The notes under the pieces are model-generated. The model was not told the origin of the DNA and did not search any database. It worked only from the letters and a program-made list of their open reading frames with translations. A stretch of 39,568 nucleotides of DNA from Candidatus Komeilibacteria bacterium (GTDB taxonomy: Bacteria > Patescibacteriota > Patescibacteriia > UBA1558 > JAPLWL01), in NCBI GenBank assembly GCA_026396635.1, contig JAPLWL010000021.1, positions 11,928-51,495 on the forward strand, read 5' to 3'. This document shows, in pieces, positions 16,660 to 25,321 of the stretch; position 1 is the stretch's first letter; each line of letters begins with the position of its first letter. Position numbers and translations under genes: made by a program.

Positions 16660-16688
16660 AATATAATATAAAATTGATTAGTTGTCAA
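16660..16688 (-). promoter_or_regulatory. sigma70-type promoter of rnpB (TTGACA-17-TATATT)
   Basis: On the minus strand, TTGACA is at 16688-16683, followed by a 17-nt spacer and TATATT at 16665-16660. That places a start about 6-7 nt downstream, at the first base of P1. The -35 box overlaps the stop codon of the upstream GT4 gene. Confidence 0.6.
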
Positions 16689-17797
16689 AGTTTTATGGCT
16701 TTTAAAGCACTAAGCGTTAATTGGGCTGTATTTTTCCAAGAAAACTTAGCAATTTGACTCTGAGCTTGAGCTAATAACTCTATTTGATAATTATGATCAT
16801 TAACTACTTTGTCCAAGCCATTAATCAAAGAATTAATTGATTGCGGCTCAACATAACAAACTGCTTGTCCGCCGATTTCATGAATTATTGGCAAGTCACT
16901 AGCTACTACCGGACACTTACAACTCAGTGCCTCTAAAACCGGCAAGCCAAAACCCTCGGCTAAGCTAGGAAAAAATAAACACTGAGCTCCACTATACAAT
17001 GCGGCCAGCTCATCTTGATTAAACTTTTCAACTCTAACTATTTCTGCTTGATGTTCGGCAATTAAATTTTCAACTTTATCAAAACCAAAGCCTGAAGAAC
17101 CGGCCAAAACCAATTGAAAATTATGATTATTTTTTTGGTTAAAAACAATGAAAGTCTTAATGATGTTTTGAATATTCTTTTTTGCTTCTAATCGGCCTAC
17201 AAATAAAATATAAGGTTTAGAAATGATTAATCTATTAAGCAGAGATTTAATTTCTAAATCAGCCCGTTGATAAAAAATTGCTTGATCAATTCCCAATGGT
17301 GTTACTTTAATTTTTTCCCCAACCCTTGGATATTTAGATACGGCGTAATCTTTAACCGCTTGAGATGGCACCAAAATCAAATCGGCTTGATGTAAAACTT
17401 TTTGCCAACCATGTATTAAAATTTTACGCTGTTTTGGGAAATAACTTTCTGGCCAAGTTTCATAAGCAAAATCATGCCAAGTAATCGCTTGTGGGCAATT
17501 TTTTATCGGCGGCAAAACATAGGCCGGCACCAACAAAATTTCAGGTTTGTGTCTTAAAAGCTCCCAAGATAAACCCAATTTACTCCAGCCCTTATTAGTC
17601 GGCCAACCTAGTTGATGCCATTGAAAATTAGCCGGCAACTCTGGTAAGTCACTGGGCTTGCTTCTGGGCGAATACAAAAAATATTGATTTTGATCATCAA
17701 TATCAATTAACTGTTTAAGTAAATTGTAACTATACCATTCAACGCCAGTCCGAGCATTGGGCTGGCCCAGCCGAGAGACATCTAGGCCTAAAAGCAT
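16685..17797 (-). CDS. GT4 family glycosyltransferase
   Basis: Motifs are ITWHDFAYE and FPSLAEGFGLPVLEALSCKCPVVASDLPIIHEIGG. Length is 370 aa. Confidence 0.85.
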   Translation of the reverse strand: MLLGLDVSRLGQPNARTGVEWYSYNLLKQLIDIDDQNQYFLYSPRSKPSDLPELPANFQWHQLGWPTNKGWSKLGLSWELLRHKPEILLVPAYVLPPIKNCPQAITWHDFAYETWPESYFPKQRKILIHGWQKVLHQADLILVPSQAVKDYAVSKYPRVGEKIKVTPLGIDQAIFYQRADLEIKSLLNRLIISKPYILFVGRLEAKKNIQNIIKTFIVFNQKNNHNFQLVLAGSSGFGFDKVENLIAEHQAEIVRVEKFNQDELAALYSGAQCLFFPSLAEGFGLPVLEALSCKCPVVASDLPIIHEIGGQAVCYVEPQSINSLINGLDKVVNDHNYQIELLAQAQSQIAKFSWKNTAQLTLSALKAIKL

Positions 17798-17805
17798 ATT
17801 ATTTT

Positions 17806-18819
17806 TTATTTGGTAGACAAAATACTTCGTTTATAGGCATCCAAATTTTCTAAAGCCAAACCCGTGCCCTTGGCTACGCACAAACTGGCCTCATCAGCTA
17901 CGTAAGCCGCTACGCCAGTAGCTTCGGCTATTAAATCAGCAATATGCCGCAATTGAGCGGTACCGCCAGAAAGTACCATGCCCTTTTCCATAACATCGGC
18001 CGAAAGTTCGGGCGGAGTTTTAAATAATACTGATTTAATGGCCGTAATAATGCCTTGCAGTTCATTTTGCAAAGCCTCGGTAATGTCATCGGAATTAATG
18101 CCTACTGTCATTGGCAAGCCAGAGACTAAATCCCGACCCTTAATATCCAGCCGTAACTTTTTATCTTCCGGCAAATACATGGCCGAGCCAATCTTAATCT
18201 TAATTTCTTCGGCGGTTTGCTCACCAATAGCTAGACCATATTTTTTTCTAATAAAATCCATAATCGCGGCATCAAATTTATTGCCACCAATTCGCACTGA
18301 AGTATTAGCCACAATTCCACCTAAAGAAATAACCGCAATTTCTGAAGTGCCACCACCCATATCCACAATCATGTGCCCGGAGGCTGAACCAATGGGAATG
18401 TCAGCACCAATGGCGGCAGCAATTGGCTCTTTAATAATATAAACAGCTTTAGCACCGGCTTGAGTAGCTGCGTCAATAACCGCCCGACGTTCGGTTGAAG
18501 TAATACCAGCTGGCACGGCAATCATTACTTCAGGCCGAAAAATCCGCCAATTGCCCAATACTTTATTAATAAAATACTTCAGCATGCTCTCGGTGGATTT
18601 ATAATCAGCAATTACCCCATCCTTTAAGGGCCGATGAGCAATAATAGTATCTGGGGTCCGGCCAATCATTTGCTTAGCCTCATCTCCCACTGCCAAAACC
18701 TTGCCATCAATAGTTGAAATGGCCACCACCGAAGGTTCATTAATGACAATTCCTCGCTTGGGAACATGAACCAAAGTATAGGTTGTGCCTAAATCAATAG
18801 CAATTTTATTGACTAACAT
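17806..18819 (-). CDS. mreB: MreB/Mbl-family actin-like protein (second copy)
   Basis: Motifs are IAIDLGTTYTLVHV, NEPSVVAI, HRPLKDGVIADY, MIVDMGGGTSEIAVISLGG and GMVLSGGTAQL. Confidence 0.88.
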   Translation of the reverse strand: MLVNKIAIDLGTTYTLVHVPKRGIVINEPSVVAISTIDGKVLAVGDEAKQMIGRTPDTIIAHRPLKDGVIADYKSTESMLKYFINKVLGNWRIFRPEVMIAVPAGITSTERRAVIDAATQAGAKAVYIIKEPIAAAIGADIPIGSASGHMIVDMGGGTSEIAVISLGGIVANTSVRIGGNKFDAAIMDFIRKKYGLAIGEQTAEEIKIKIGSAMYLPEDKKLRLDIKGRDLVSGLPMTVGINSDDITEALQNELQGIITAIKSVLFKTPPELSADVMEKGMVLSGGTAQLRHIADLIAEATGVAAYVADEASLCVAKGTGLALENLDAYKRSILSTK

Positions 18820-18824
18820 AATAA

Positions 18825-19295
18825 TTACCGAATAGCCTTAATGGTGTAAACAACTAAACCCTTAGGAGTTTCAACCGAAATTTTATCATTAAGTTTTTTA
18901 CTTAGCAAAGCTTGGCCTAAAGGAGAGTCACAAGAGACCAAGCCTAAAGTTGGATTAGCTTCGGTTGAGCCAACAATTTGATATTTTTTAATTTCATCAT
19001 TAATTAAAAGTTCCACCGTTGAACCAATACTTACTTCGGCAGCTCTAGATTTAGCGTTGCCAGCCTCGGCAGTTTGAGCCAATCGCAGAGTACTTTCAAT
19101 TTCTATAATCCGACCTTCAATAAAAGCCTGGTCTTCTTTAGCTTGATGATATTCAGCATTTTCCCGTAAGTCACCAAGTTCCCGAGCCTGCTTAATCCGG
19201 TCCAACACTTCCGGCCGCTTAATTTCAATTAATTCTTTTAATTCGGCTTCTAATTTAGCACTGCCTTCGGCAGTTAAAATAATCACTTCACTCAT
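18825..19295 (-). CDS. greA: transcription elongation factor GreA
   Basis: The sequence LTAEGSAKLEAELKELIEIKRPEVLDRIKQARELGDLRENAEYHQAKEDQAFIEGRI covers the GreA coiled-coil and C-terminal domain. I preferred the ATG at 19295 over the TTG at 19301. Confidence 0.9.
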   Translation of the reverse strand: MSEVIILTAEGSAKLEAELKELIEIKRPEVLDRIKQARELGDLRENAEYHQAKEDQAFIEGRIIEIESTLRLAQTAEAGNAKSRAAEVSIGSTVELLINDEIKKYQIVGSTEANPTLGLVSCDSPLGQALLSKKLNDKISVETPKGLVVYTIKAIR

Positions 19296-19371
19296 AACCA
19301 AATTTTAACATTATATAATGAAATCACCAATAGGGATCTATTGGTTTATATGGGTTTTCTCTTAGATTATT

Positions 19372-19400
19372 AGTATACTATGTTCATTTTAAAGGGTCAA
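19372..19400 (-). promoter_or_regulatory. sigma70-type promoter upstream of greA (TTGACC-17-TATACT)
   Basis: On the minus strand, TTGACC is at 19400-19395, followed by a 17-nt spacer and TATACT at 19377-19372. It lies in the 118-nt gap between pbp2 and greA. An 8-bp hairpin (19326-19345) sits in the predicted leader. Confidence 0.55.
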
Positions 19401-19419
19401 GATACAACCCTAAACAAGC

Positions 19420-21369
19420 CTATTCTTCTTTTAAACGATGCTCGGCATACCAAGAAAAAATTTCCTTGGCAATTGGCGTAGCTATGGAAGAGCCCTCACC
19501 GCCATTTTCCACTAAAACTGTAACCACCAAACTCGGGTTCTCATATGGCATAAACCCAGAAAACCAAGCATGGGGTAAATTTTTAGTATCAACTTGAGCT
19601 GTGCCGGTTTTACCGGCTATCTCATAAGGTAAATCATTCAAAGAACGAGCACTACCAGAAGTCACAGTTGTTCTAAGTCCTTCTCTGACAATGGCCAAAA
19701 CATTGTCACTAATAAAATTACTTCTAATAATTTGGGGGTTAAATTCTTTTATTGACTGATTATCTTCTCTTTTAATACTAGCTACTAAATAAGGTTTGTA
19801 TAAAATACCACCGTTAGCAATAGCTGCCGTATAATTAGCCACTTGTAAAGGCGTAACCAATAAATCACCCTGGCCAATAGCCAAATGAAGGGTATCTCCA
19901 GGATACCAGGCTTCTTTTTTGGTTGCCAACTTCCATTCTTTAGATGGTATAAAACCAGCTGCTTCGTGTAATAAATCAATGCCGGTTTTAGCATCAATGC
20001 CAAATAATTTAAGATATTTTTGCATCCCAATTAAACCCAAGCCCGTATGATTTTGATAATTCTCTGCCCCCAAGATATAGAAAAAAGTATTAACCGATTC
20101 AGATAAAGCTTTAATAACATTGGTTACACCATGCCCACCGGCTTTCCAGTCAGCAAAAAACCATTCACCTAAATGAATTCCGCCAGTACTTAAAACTGTA
20201 GTAGTCTTAGTAATGACTCCTTCAGCTAATCCGGCAGCGGCATAAACCATTTTAATAGTAGAGCCCGAAGGATATTGACCGGAAATCGCCCGGTTAAAAA
20301 GAGGTTGGAGAGGATTTTTAAAAAGTTCTACTACTTCATCAACGGTCAAAGTATGATGAAACATATTACTATCATAAACCGGCCAGCTAATCATGGCTAA
20401 AATTTGGCCATTCTGAGGATTCATAACCACCACTGCCCCTTTAGATCTTGGAACCTTGGTTTTTAAGATTTTTAAAATAAATTCACTTAGATCCGCGTCT
20501 AAGGTGGTATATAAGTTAGCGCCGGCTTGTTCTGGTTGCAAAGTTAATTCATCAATAATTTTACCCAAAGAATTAACTTCTAATTGCCTGACTCCTTCTT
20601 GACCATGCAAATCAGCTTCATAAACCGCCTCTAAACCATCCAGGCCAACCCGTTCAGTTAATTGATAGTTATTCTTTAAATATTTATCTTTATCCTCTGG
20701 TTTGATCCTACCTAAATAACCCAAAATATGAGCCCAGGCTCCGCCGCCACCATATTGTCGCTCGGCTTCAGCCATCACACTAACTACATCTGCTTCCGGT
20801 AAAGTCAATTTTAATTTTAAAGCGTCATTATACTCTAAATCTTCAATTAAAACTTGCGGCTCAACAGTGGCTTTTTTAACCATTTCTTGCCAAACATTTT
20901 CAGCGGCTATATTTTTTTTATATTTGACAAAATAAGGTTCTAAAAAATTATACTCACCCGCCAAACTTTGTTTATCAATATTACGAGGTAATTTATTTAA
21001 AACTAAACTAAATGATCCATTATTACTTACTAAAGGTTTTTCAAAACGATCAAAAATAATCCCTCGCCTAGGCACTAAATATTCTTCCTTGATCCGATTG
21101 CCTTCGGCTATGGCTCGAAAATGATCTCCTTGATAAATTTGCAAATAAGCCAGCCGGCTAAAAAAAATTAAAAAAATTATAACCAGCAACGCCTTTAAAA
21201 AATTAACCTTGCTTACAGTCAAGGTGTGCCCTAGCCAAAAAGGTGAAAATTCCTCTTCACTAATAAAGTTGCCGGCATTATTATTATGAAGCCAGTTGCG
21301 CAAGCCGCCTTCTTTAAAAACATTTTCTAAAGAAGAAGGAAAAATTTTATATTTATCTTTCATGAGCAA
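19420..21369 (-). CDS. mrdA: penicillin-binding protein 2 (elongasome transpeptidase)
   Basis: There is an N-terminal TM segment, the SGSTIK active-site motif, SESVN (SxN) and KTGTA (KTG). The gene follows mreD. Confidence 0.88.
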   Translation of the reverse strand: MLMKDKYKIFPSSLENVFKEGGLRNWLHNNNAGNFISEEEFSPFWLGHTLTVSKVNFLKALLVIIFLIFFSRLAYLQIYQGDHFRAIAEGNRIKEEYLVPRRGIIFDRFEKPLVSNNGSFSLVLNKLPRNIDKQSLAGEYNFLEPYFVKYKKNIAAENVWQEMVKKATVEPQVLIEDLEYNDALKLKLTLPEADVVSVMAEAERQYGGGGAWAHILGYLGRIKPEDKDKYLKNNYQLTERVGLDGLEAVYEADLHGQEGVRQLEVNSLGKIIDELTLQPEQAGANLYTTLDADLSEFILKILKTKVPRSKGAVVVMNPQNGQILAMISWPVYDSNMFHHTLTVDEVVELFKNPLQPLFNRAISGQYPSGSTIKMVYAAAGLAEGVITKTTTVLSTGGIHLGEWFFADWKAGGHGVTNVIKALSESVNTFFYILGAENYQNHTGLGLIGMQKYLKLFGIDAKTGIDLLHEAAGFIPSKEWKLATKKEAWYPGDTLHLAIGQGDLLVTPLQVANYTAAIANGGILYKPYLVASIKREDNQSIKEFNPQIIRSNFISDNVLAIVREGLRTTVTSGSARSLNDLPYEIAGKTGTAQVDTKNLPHAWFSGFMPYENPSLVVTVLVENGGEGSSIATPIAKEIFSWYAEHRLKEE

Positions 21370-21832
21370 AGCTAGTTAGCCAATAACCTATTAACAACAA
21401 AGCTAGATGGGCTAAAAAATAAAGATACCACTGTGGAAGCCAAGCAATTTGTGGCCACGCTATTTTAGGAAACATCATGGCTAATAAATTTGGCGCTAAC
21501 AATAAAAGAATAAAAAGAATCAACGTAGCCAAGCCAAAAATACTAAGCTCCCAAAAGCGAGAAGTGCCAGAAAAAAATTGTCTCAACCACCAAGCAAATA
21601 ACGCGGTTAAACCAAAACTTAGCCACCACCAACCGCCCGGACCCAGCCAGACAAAAAACAAACTAAAAATAATCCAAGGCCACCACAGCTGGGACTTTCT
21701 AAAAATTAAAATTAAGCTAATGACTAAATAGAGGCTAAGCCAAGAGTGAAATAGGCCACTTAAGAAATTCATTTCCAAAAAGTAGCAGCTTAAGCTTAAT
21801 AAAAAAGCTTGAATAATTTTTTTTATTGGCAT
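21353..21832 (-). CDS. mreD: rod shape-determining protein MreD (by position and topology)
   Basis: This is a 159-aa polytopic, Trp-rich membrane protein located between mreC and pbp2. I recognise no diagnostic motif. Confidence 0.55.
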   Translation of the reverse strand: MPIKKIIQAFLLSLSCYFLEMNFLSGLFHSWLSLYLVISLILIFRKSQLWWPWIIFSLFFVWLGPGGWWWLSFGLTALFAWWLRQFFSGTSRFWELSIFGLATLILFILLLLAPNLLAMMFPKIAWPQIAWLPQWYLYFLAHLALLLIGYWLTSFAHER

Positions 21833-21835
21833 AAA

Positions 21836-22609
21836 TCATTGAATTAGCCAACCCTGACTACTTTCTTGAGCATTGACCGGGCTTTGAATGCCAGCCTCTT
21901 GAAACAAATCACCAACTTCTTTACGAACTGCCGTGATTTGCCCAACTACCAACCCAGCTGGAATCTTTGGCTCTAAGCCAGAAGTATAAACTAATTGATT
22001 TAATTTAATCTCGGCGGCTAAAGGCAGATAATTCATTACCAAACCACCGCCCAAACGACCCTCAACCAAGCCAATAGTTGACCCATCTTGAATAGCCACC
22101 GCCAATTGGCTTTTGGGATCGCCTAATAATAAAACCGAGGATCGGTCTGGCCCGACTTCCACTACTTTACCCAAAATAACTCCCTGCTCATTAATAAAAG
22201 CCTGGCCCTTTTCCGCTCCATTGTTTTGCCCCCGATCAACAATTACCAAACGTTCATTAAATTTATCTTTGGCAATAATTCTAGCTCCTAAATAATTAAA
22301 TTTTTTGGTGGCTAAAAATTTTAAAGCGTTTTCCAAAATAATTTTATCTTTTTCTAAACTTAAAACTTGGGCCTGGTTAGCTAACCAAGTGTATTTTTCG
22401 GCTTGTAAAGCATTACGTTCGGCTAATAATTGAGGCGTATGCCACCACCACTGAACATATGATCCGGTTTGCCAAAACCAACTTTGAACTCCGCTAGTAA
22501 CGCCCCACCAAAATTCTTGAACCGGTTTAAGCAAGCCGCTTAGCAATAAAATGGCTATAACTAAACCCGACCAAAAAAAACGTTTGGTGGCGTGGCCTCT
22601 TTTTTTCAT
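21836..22609 (-). CDS. mreC: rod shape-determining protein MreC
   Basis: There is an N-terminal TM segment, a coiled coil (LLAERNALQAEKYTWLANQAQVLSLEKDK) and beta-rich repeats (GVILGKVVEVGPDRSSVLLLGDPKSQLAV; AGLVVGQITAV). Confidence 0.85.
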   Translation of the reverse strand: MKKRGHATKRFFWSGLVIAILLLSGLLKPVQEFWWGVTSGVQSWFWQTGSYVQWWWHTPQLLAERNALQAEKYTWLANQAQVLSLEKDKIILENALKFLATKKFNYLGARIIAKDKFNERLVIVDRGQNNGAEKGQAFINEQGVILGKVVEVGPDRSSVLLLGDPKSQLAVAIQDGSTIGLVEGRLGGGLVMNYLPLAAEIKLNQLVYTSGLEPKIPAGLVVGQITAVRKEVGDLFQEAGIQSPVNAQESSQGWLIQ

Positions 22610-23634
22610 TAGCTTGTAAGAGTTAAGTCTTTAAGATTGGCTAAATCTTCTAAAACAATACCTAAACCACGAATAACCGTAGTTAATGGGTCATCAGCCA
22701 AGTGAACCGGTATTTTTAATTCTTTTTGGATCAAGGCCGCCAAGCCGTCTAAATAAGCGCCGCCGCCGGATAGAACTAAGCCGCGTTGATAAATTTCAGC
22801 TACTAATTCAGGTGGAGTTTGAGCTAAAGTATCTCTAATAGCTTCAATAATTCGTTTAATTGGTTTAATAATTGCCTCTTTAATTTGAAAACTGGTAATA
22901 ATAACTTCCCTGGGCAAGCCAGTTAACATGTCTCGTCCTCGTAAGTTCATTTCTTTACTTAAAGCTTGATCGCCTACCGTAGCCAGCTTAATTTTAATTT
23001 CCTCAGCACTAGCTTCACCTAATAATAAATTAAAATTTTCCCGAACATAATTGATAATCTGCTCATCTAAGGTTCGGCCAGCAATTGGCAAGGTGGTTGA
23101 AGTTACAATCCCGCCCAAAGAAATAACCGCAATTTCGGTCACGCCGCCGCCCATTTCCACAATTAAATTACCAGAAGCCTCGGTGACTGGCAATTGAACA
23201 CCAATGGCCGTAAGTAATGGTTGATAAACTAAATAAACTTCCCGGGCGCCAGCGGACTTAGTCGCATCAATCACGGCCTTGCGTTCCACCTCGGTGACAT
23301 CCAAAGGAATGCCAATTACTACAATCGGCCGAGGCAGCCAAGAAAAGCTTTCATGTTGAACCTGATCAATAAAATATTTGATCATTTTTTCCGCTACTTC
23401 AAAATCAGCAATTACTCCTTCGGTCAATGGATTATTAATAACAATGTGGGGTGGGGTTTTGCCTAACATTTTTTTGGCCTCATCGCCCACGGCCACAATA
23501 TGTTCGGTTCGGTTATTAATTGCCACAATAGAAGGCTGTTGAATAACAATGCCCTTACCAGCCACATAAACCAAAGTGTTGCTAGTGCCCAAATCTAAAG
23601 CAATATTTTTAGAAATTTTTGAAAGGATGCCCAT
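22609..23634 (-). CDS. mreB: rod shape-determining protein MreB
   Basis: Motifs are IALDLGTSNTLVYV, QQPSIVAI, NNPLTEGVIADF, LIVEMGGGVTEIAVISLGG and GLVLSGGGAYL. I preferred the ATG at 23634 over the TTG at 23640. Confidence 0.9.
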   Translation of the reverse strand: MGILSKISKNIALDLGTSNTLVYVAGKGIVIQQPSIVAINNRTEHIVAVGDEAKKMLGKTPPHIVINNPLTEGVIADFEVAEKMIKYFIDQVQHESFSWLPRPIVVIGIPLDVTEVERKAVIDATKSAGAREVYLVYQPLLTAIGVQLPVTEASGNLIVEMGGGVTEIAVISLGGIVTSTTLPIAGRTLDEQIINYVRENFNLLLGEASAEEIKIKLATVGDQALSKEMNLRGRDMLTGLPREVIITSFQIKEAIIKPIKRIIEAIRDTLAQTPPELVAEIYQRGLVLSGGGAYLDGLAALIQKELKIPVHLADDPLTTVIRGLGIVLEDLANLKDLTLTS

Positions 23635-23643
23635 GACCAATAT

Positions 23644-24894
23644 TTAAGAATTATAAAATTCAGTTAATAATTGTTGGGCTTTTTGGACAGAAACAGCTAC
23701 GGCTTTGGCTAAATCCGTACGCTGACGATATTCAAGTTTGCCCGTCTCCTTTTTACCAATAATTAGCTGAATTGGCAAGCCAATTAATTCCGCATCAGCC
23801 AGTTTTACCCCGGCCGATTCAGTTCGATCATCATATAAAACGTCGTAGGAATTACTAAGTTCGGTGTAAACCTGATCGGCCCAAGAACGCTGCTCTTCAT
23901 CTAATAAAATCAGATGGGCTTGAAATGGCGCAACCTCCTTAGGCCAATTCAAGCCTTTAGTATCAGAAAAAACCTCAGCAATGGTACCCAATAACCGACT
24001 AGGGCCAATGCCGTAGCTGCCCATAACCACTTCTCGGCTTTCTCCGTTCTCATCTTTATAATTAAGGCCTAACGGCGCAGAAAAACGAGTGCCCAATTTA
24101 AAAATATTACCAACCTCAATGGATTTTTCTTCAGTTAATTCATCTTTGGCCAAACCCAGATCCTTTAATACTTCCGGATTATAAACTTCTTTATTGATGG
24201 CAATCTTTTTTTCACGAGCCAGATAAATAGTATCTTCGCCGGCCGGACTAAGAGTTTGAAACTCATGACTATATTTACTAAAAACTCCACCGCTAGCAAA
24301 AGTCAAAAAAGTATTATCACCCAAGCCCACGCGCCGAAAAACATTACTATAAGCTACTTTCATCTTCTCATAAAAATCATCCAGCTCTTGCTCATCTTTA
24401 CAAAATGAATACAGGTCCTTCATTAAAAATTCACGGCCCCGCATTAAGCCACTCTTGGCCCGCTCTTCATTTCTAAATTTAGTTTGAATTTGATAAACAA
24501 AAACCGGCAGATCTCTATAAGAAGTTACATATTGCTTCATTAAATTGGTCAGTGGCTCTTCGTGGGTAAAACCCAGACCCAAAATTGTCTCATTTTTTAG
24601 TTTAGTTTTAAACCAATTATCAACCACCTCATCAGCCCAACGATTAGTCTTGGTCCAGAGCTCAGGGTTTTGGAAAACCGTCAATTGAACTTCCTGCCCG
24701 CCACAAGCATTCATTTCTTGCCGAATAATATTATTAATTTTATTTAGAGTCAGCAGGCCTAGCGGCAAAAAATCATACGCCCCGGCTATTTCTTTATAAA
24801 CAAAACCGGCCCTAATTAATAATTGAGCGTTTTGACTAACCTCATCCTTGGGTGTTTCCTTTTTTGTTTTAGTAAATAATTGGGTTTGTCTCAT
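23644..24894 (-). CDS. proS: proline--tRNA ligase, short form without the INS editing domain
   Basis: The bacterial-type N-terminus is MRQTQLFTKTKKETPKDEVSQNAQLLIRAGFV. Class II motifs are present (RNEERAKSGLMRGREFLMKD; MGSYGIGPSRLLG), together with an anticodon-binding C-terminus. Length is only 416 aa. Confidence 0.85.
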   Translation of the reverse strand: MRQTQLFTKTKKETPKDEVSQNAQLLIRAGFVYKEIAGAYDFLPLGLLTLNKINNIIRQEMNACGGQEVQLTVFQNPELWTKTNRWADEVVDNWFKTKLKNETILGLGFTHEEPLTNLMKQYVTSYRDLPVFVYQIQTKFRNEERAKSGLMRGREFLMKDLYSFCKDEQELDDFYEKMKVAYSNVFRRVGLGDNTFLTFASGGVFSKYSHEFQTLSPAGEDTIYLAREKKIAINKEVYNPEVLKDLGLAKDELTEEKSIEVGNIFKLGTRFSAPLGLNYKDENGESREVVMGSYGIGPSRLLGTIAEVFSDTKGLNWPKEVAPFQAHLILLDEEQRSWADQVYTELSNSYDVLYDDRTESAGVKLADAELIGLPIQLIIGKKETGKLEYRQRTDLAKAVAVSVQKAQQLLTEFYNS

Positions 24895-24895
24895 A

Positions 24896-25309
24896 TTATA
24901 AGAAAAAAATAATTAAAAGGATAATTGCTACAAAAATGACTGCCAACCAAACACCTTCAAAAGACTTAGCCGGCAACGGCCCAGCTGGATCATTAGCTAC
25001 TGGCTGGGCGGATCTATTAATAATTTCCATGACTCGTTGAAATTCATCGGCCACAATCGCGCCAGAATATTCTTCGCCGTGAACCGGATGAGCCTGAACT
25101 GTCTGGCGCAAATCATAATGCAAATTCCCTTCCCAAGCTGCCGGAGTTTGACGGAGGTACAAATGAAAACGTGGAAAAAAATTAGTCCGAGACAACCGCC
25201 GGGAAAAAACCAATTCCGAACCCTGAGTTCGATAGAGTTGATAGCCGGCTTGGCGTAAAACCGTAGCCAAAGTTTGATGTAAAGTTGCTAAAGGAATTCT
25301 GATATTCAC
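24896..25309 (-). CDS. hypothetical protein with a C-terminal TM anchor
   Basis: This 137-aa ORF is tightly packed between rseP and proS. It ends in the hydrophobic tail VWLAVIFVAIILLIIFFL. I recognise no family. Confidence 0.5.
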   Translation of the reverse strand: MNIRIPLATLHQTLATVLRQAGYQLYRTQGSELVFSRRLSRTNFFPRFHLYLRQTPAAWEGNLHYDLRQTVQAHPVHGEEYSGAIVADEFQRVMEIINRSAQPVANDPAGPLPAKSFEGVWLAVIFVAIILLIIFFL

Positions 25310-25321
25310 AAAATATGGTGA

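Noticed and set aside
19785-20030. An 81-aa minus-strand ORF nested in pbp2.
   Set aside because: It is an alternative frame of the PBP2 transpeptidase domain and has no independent support.
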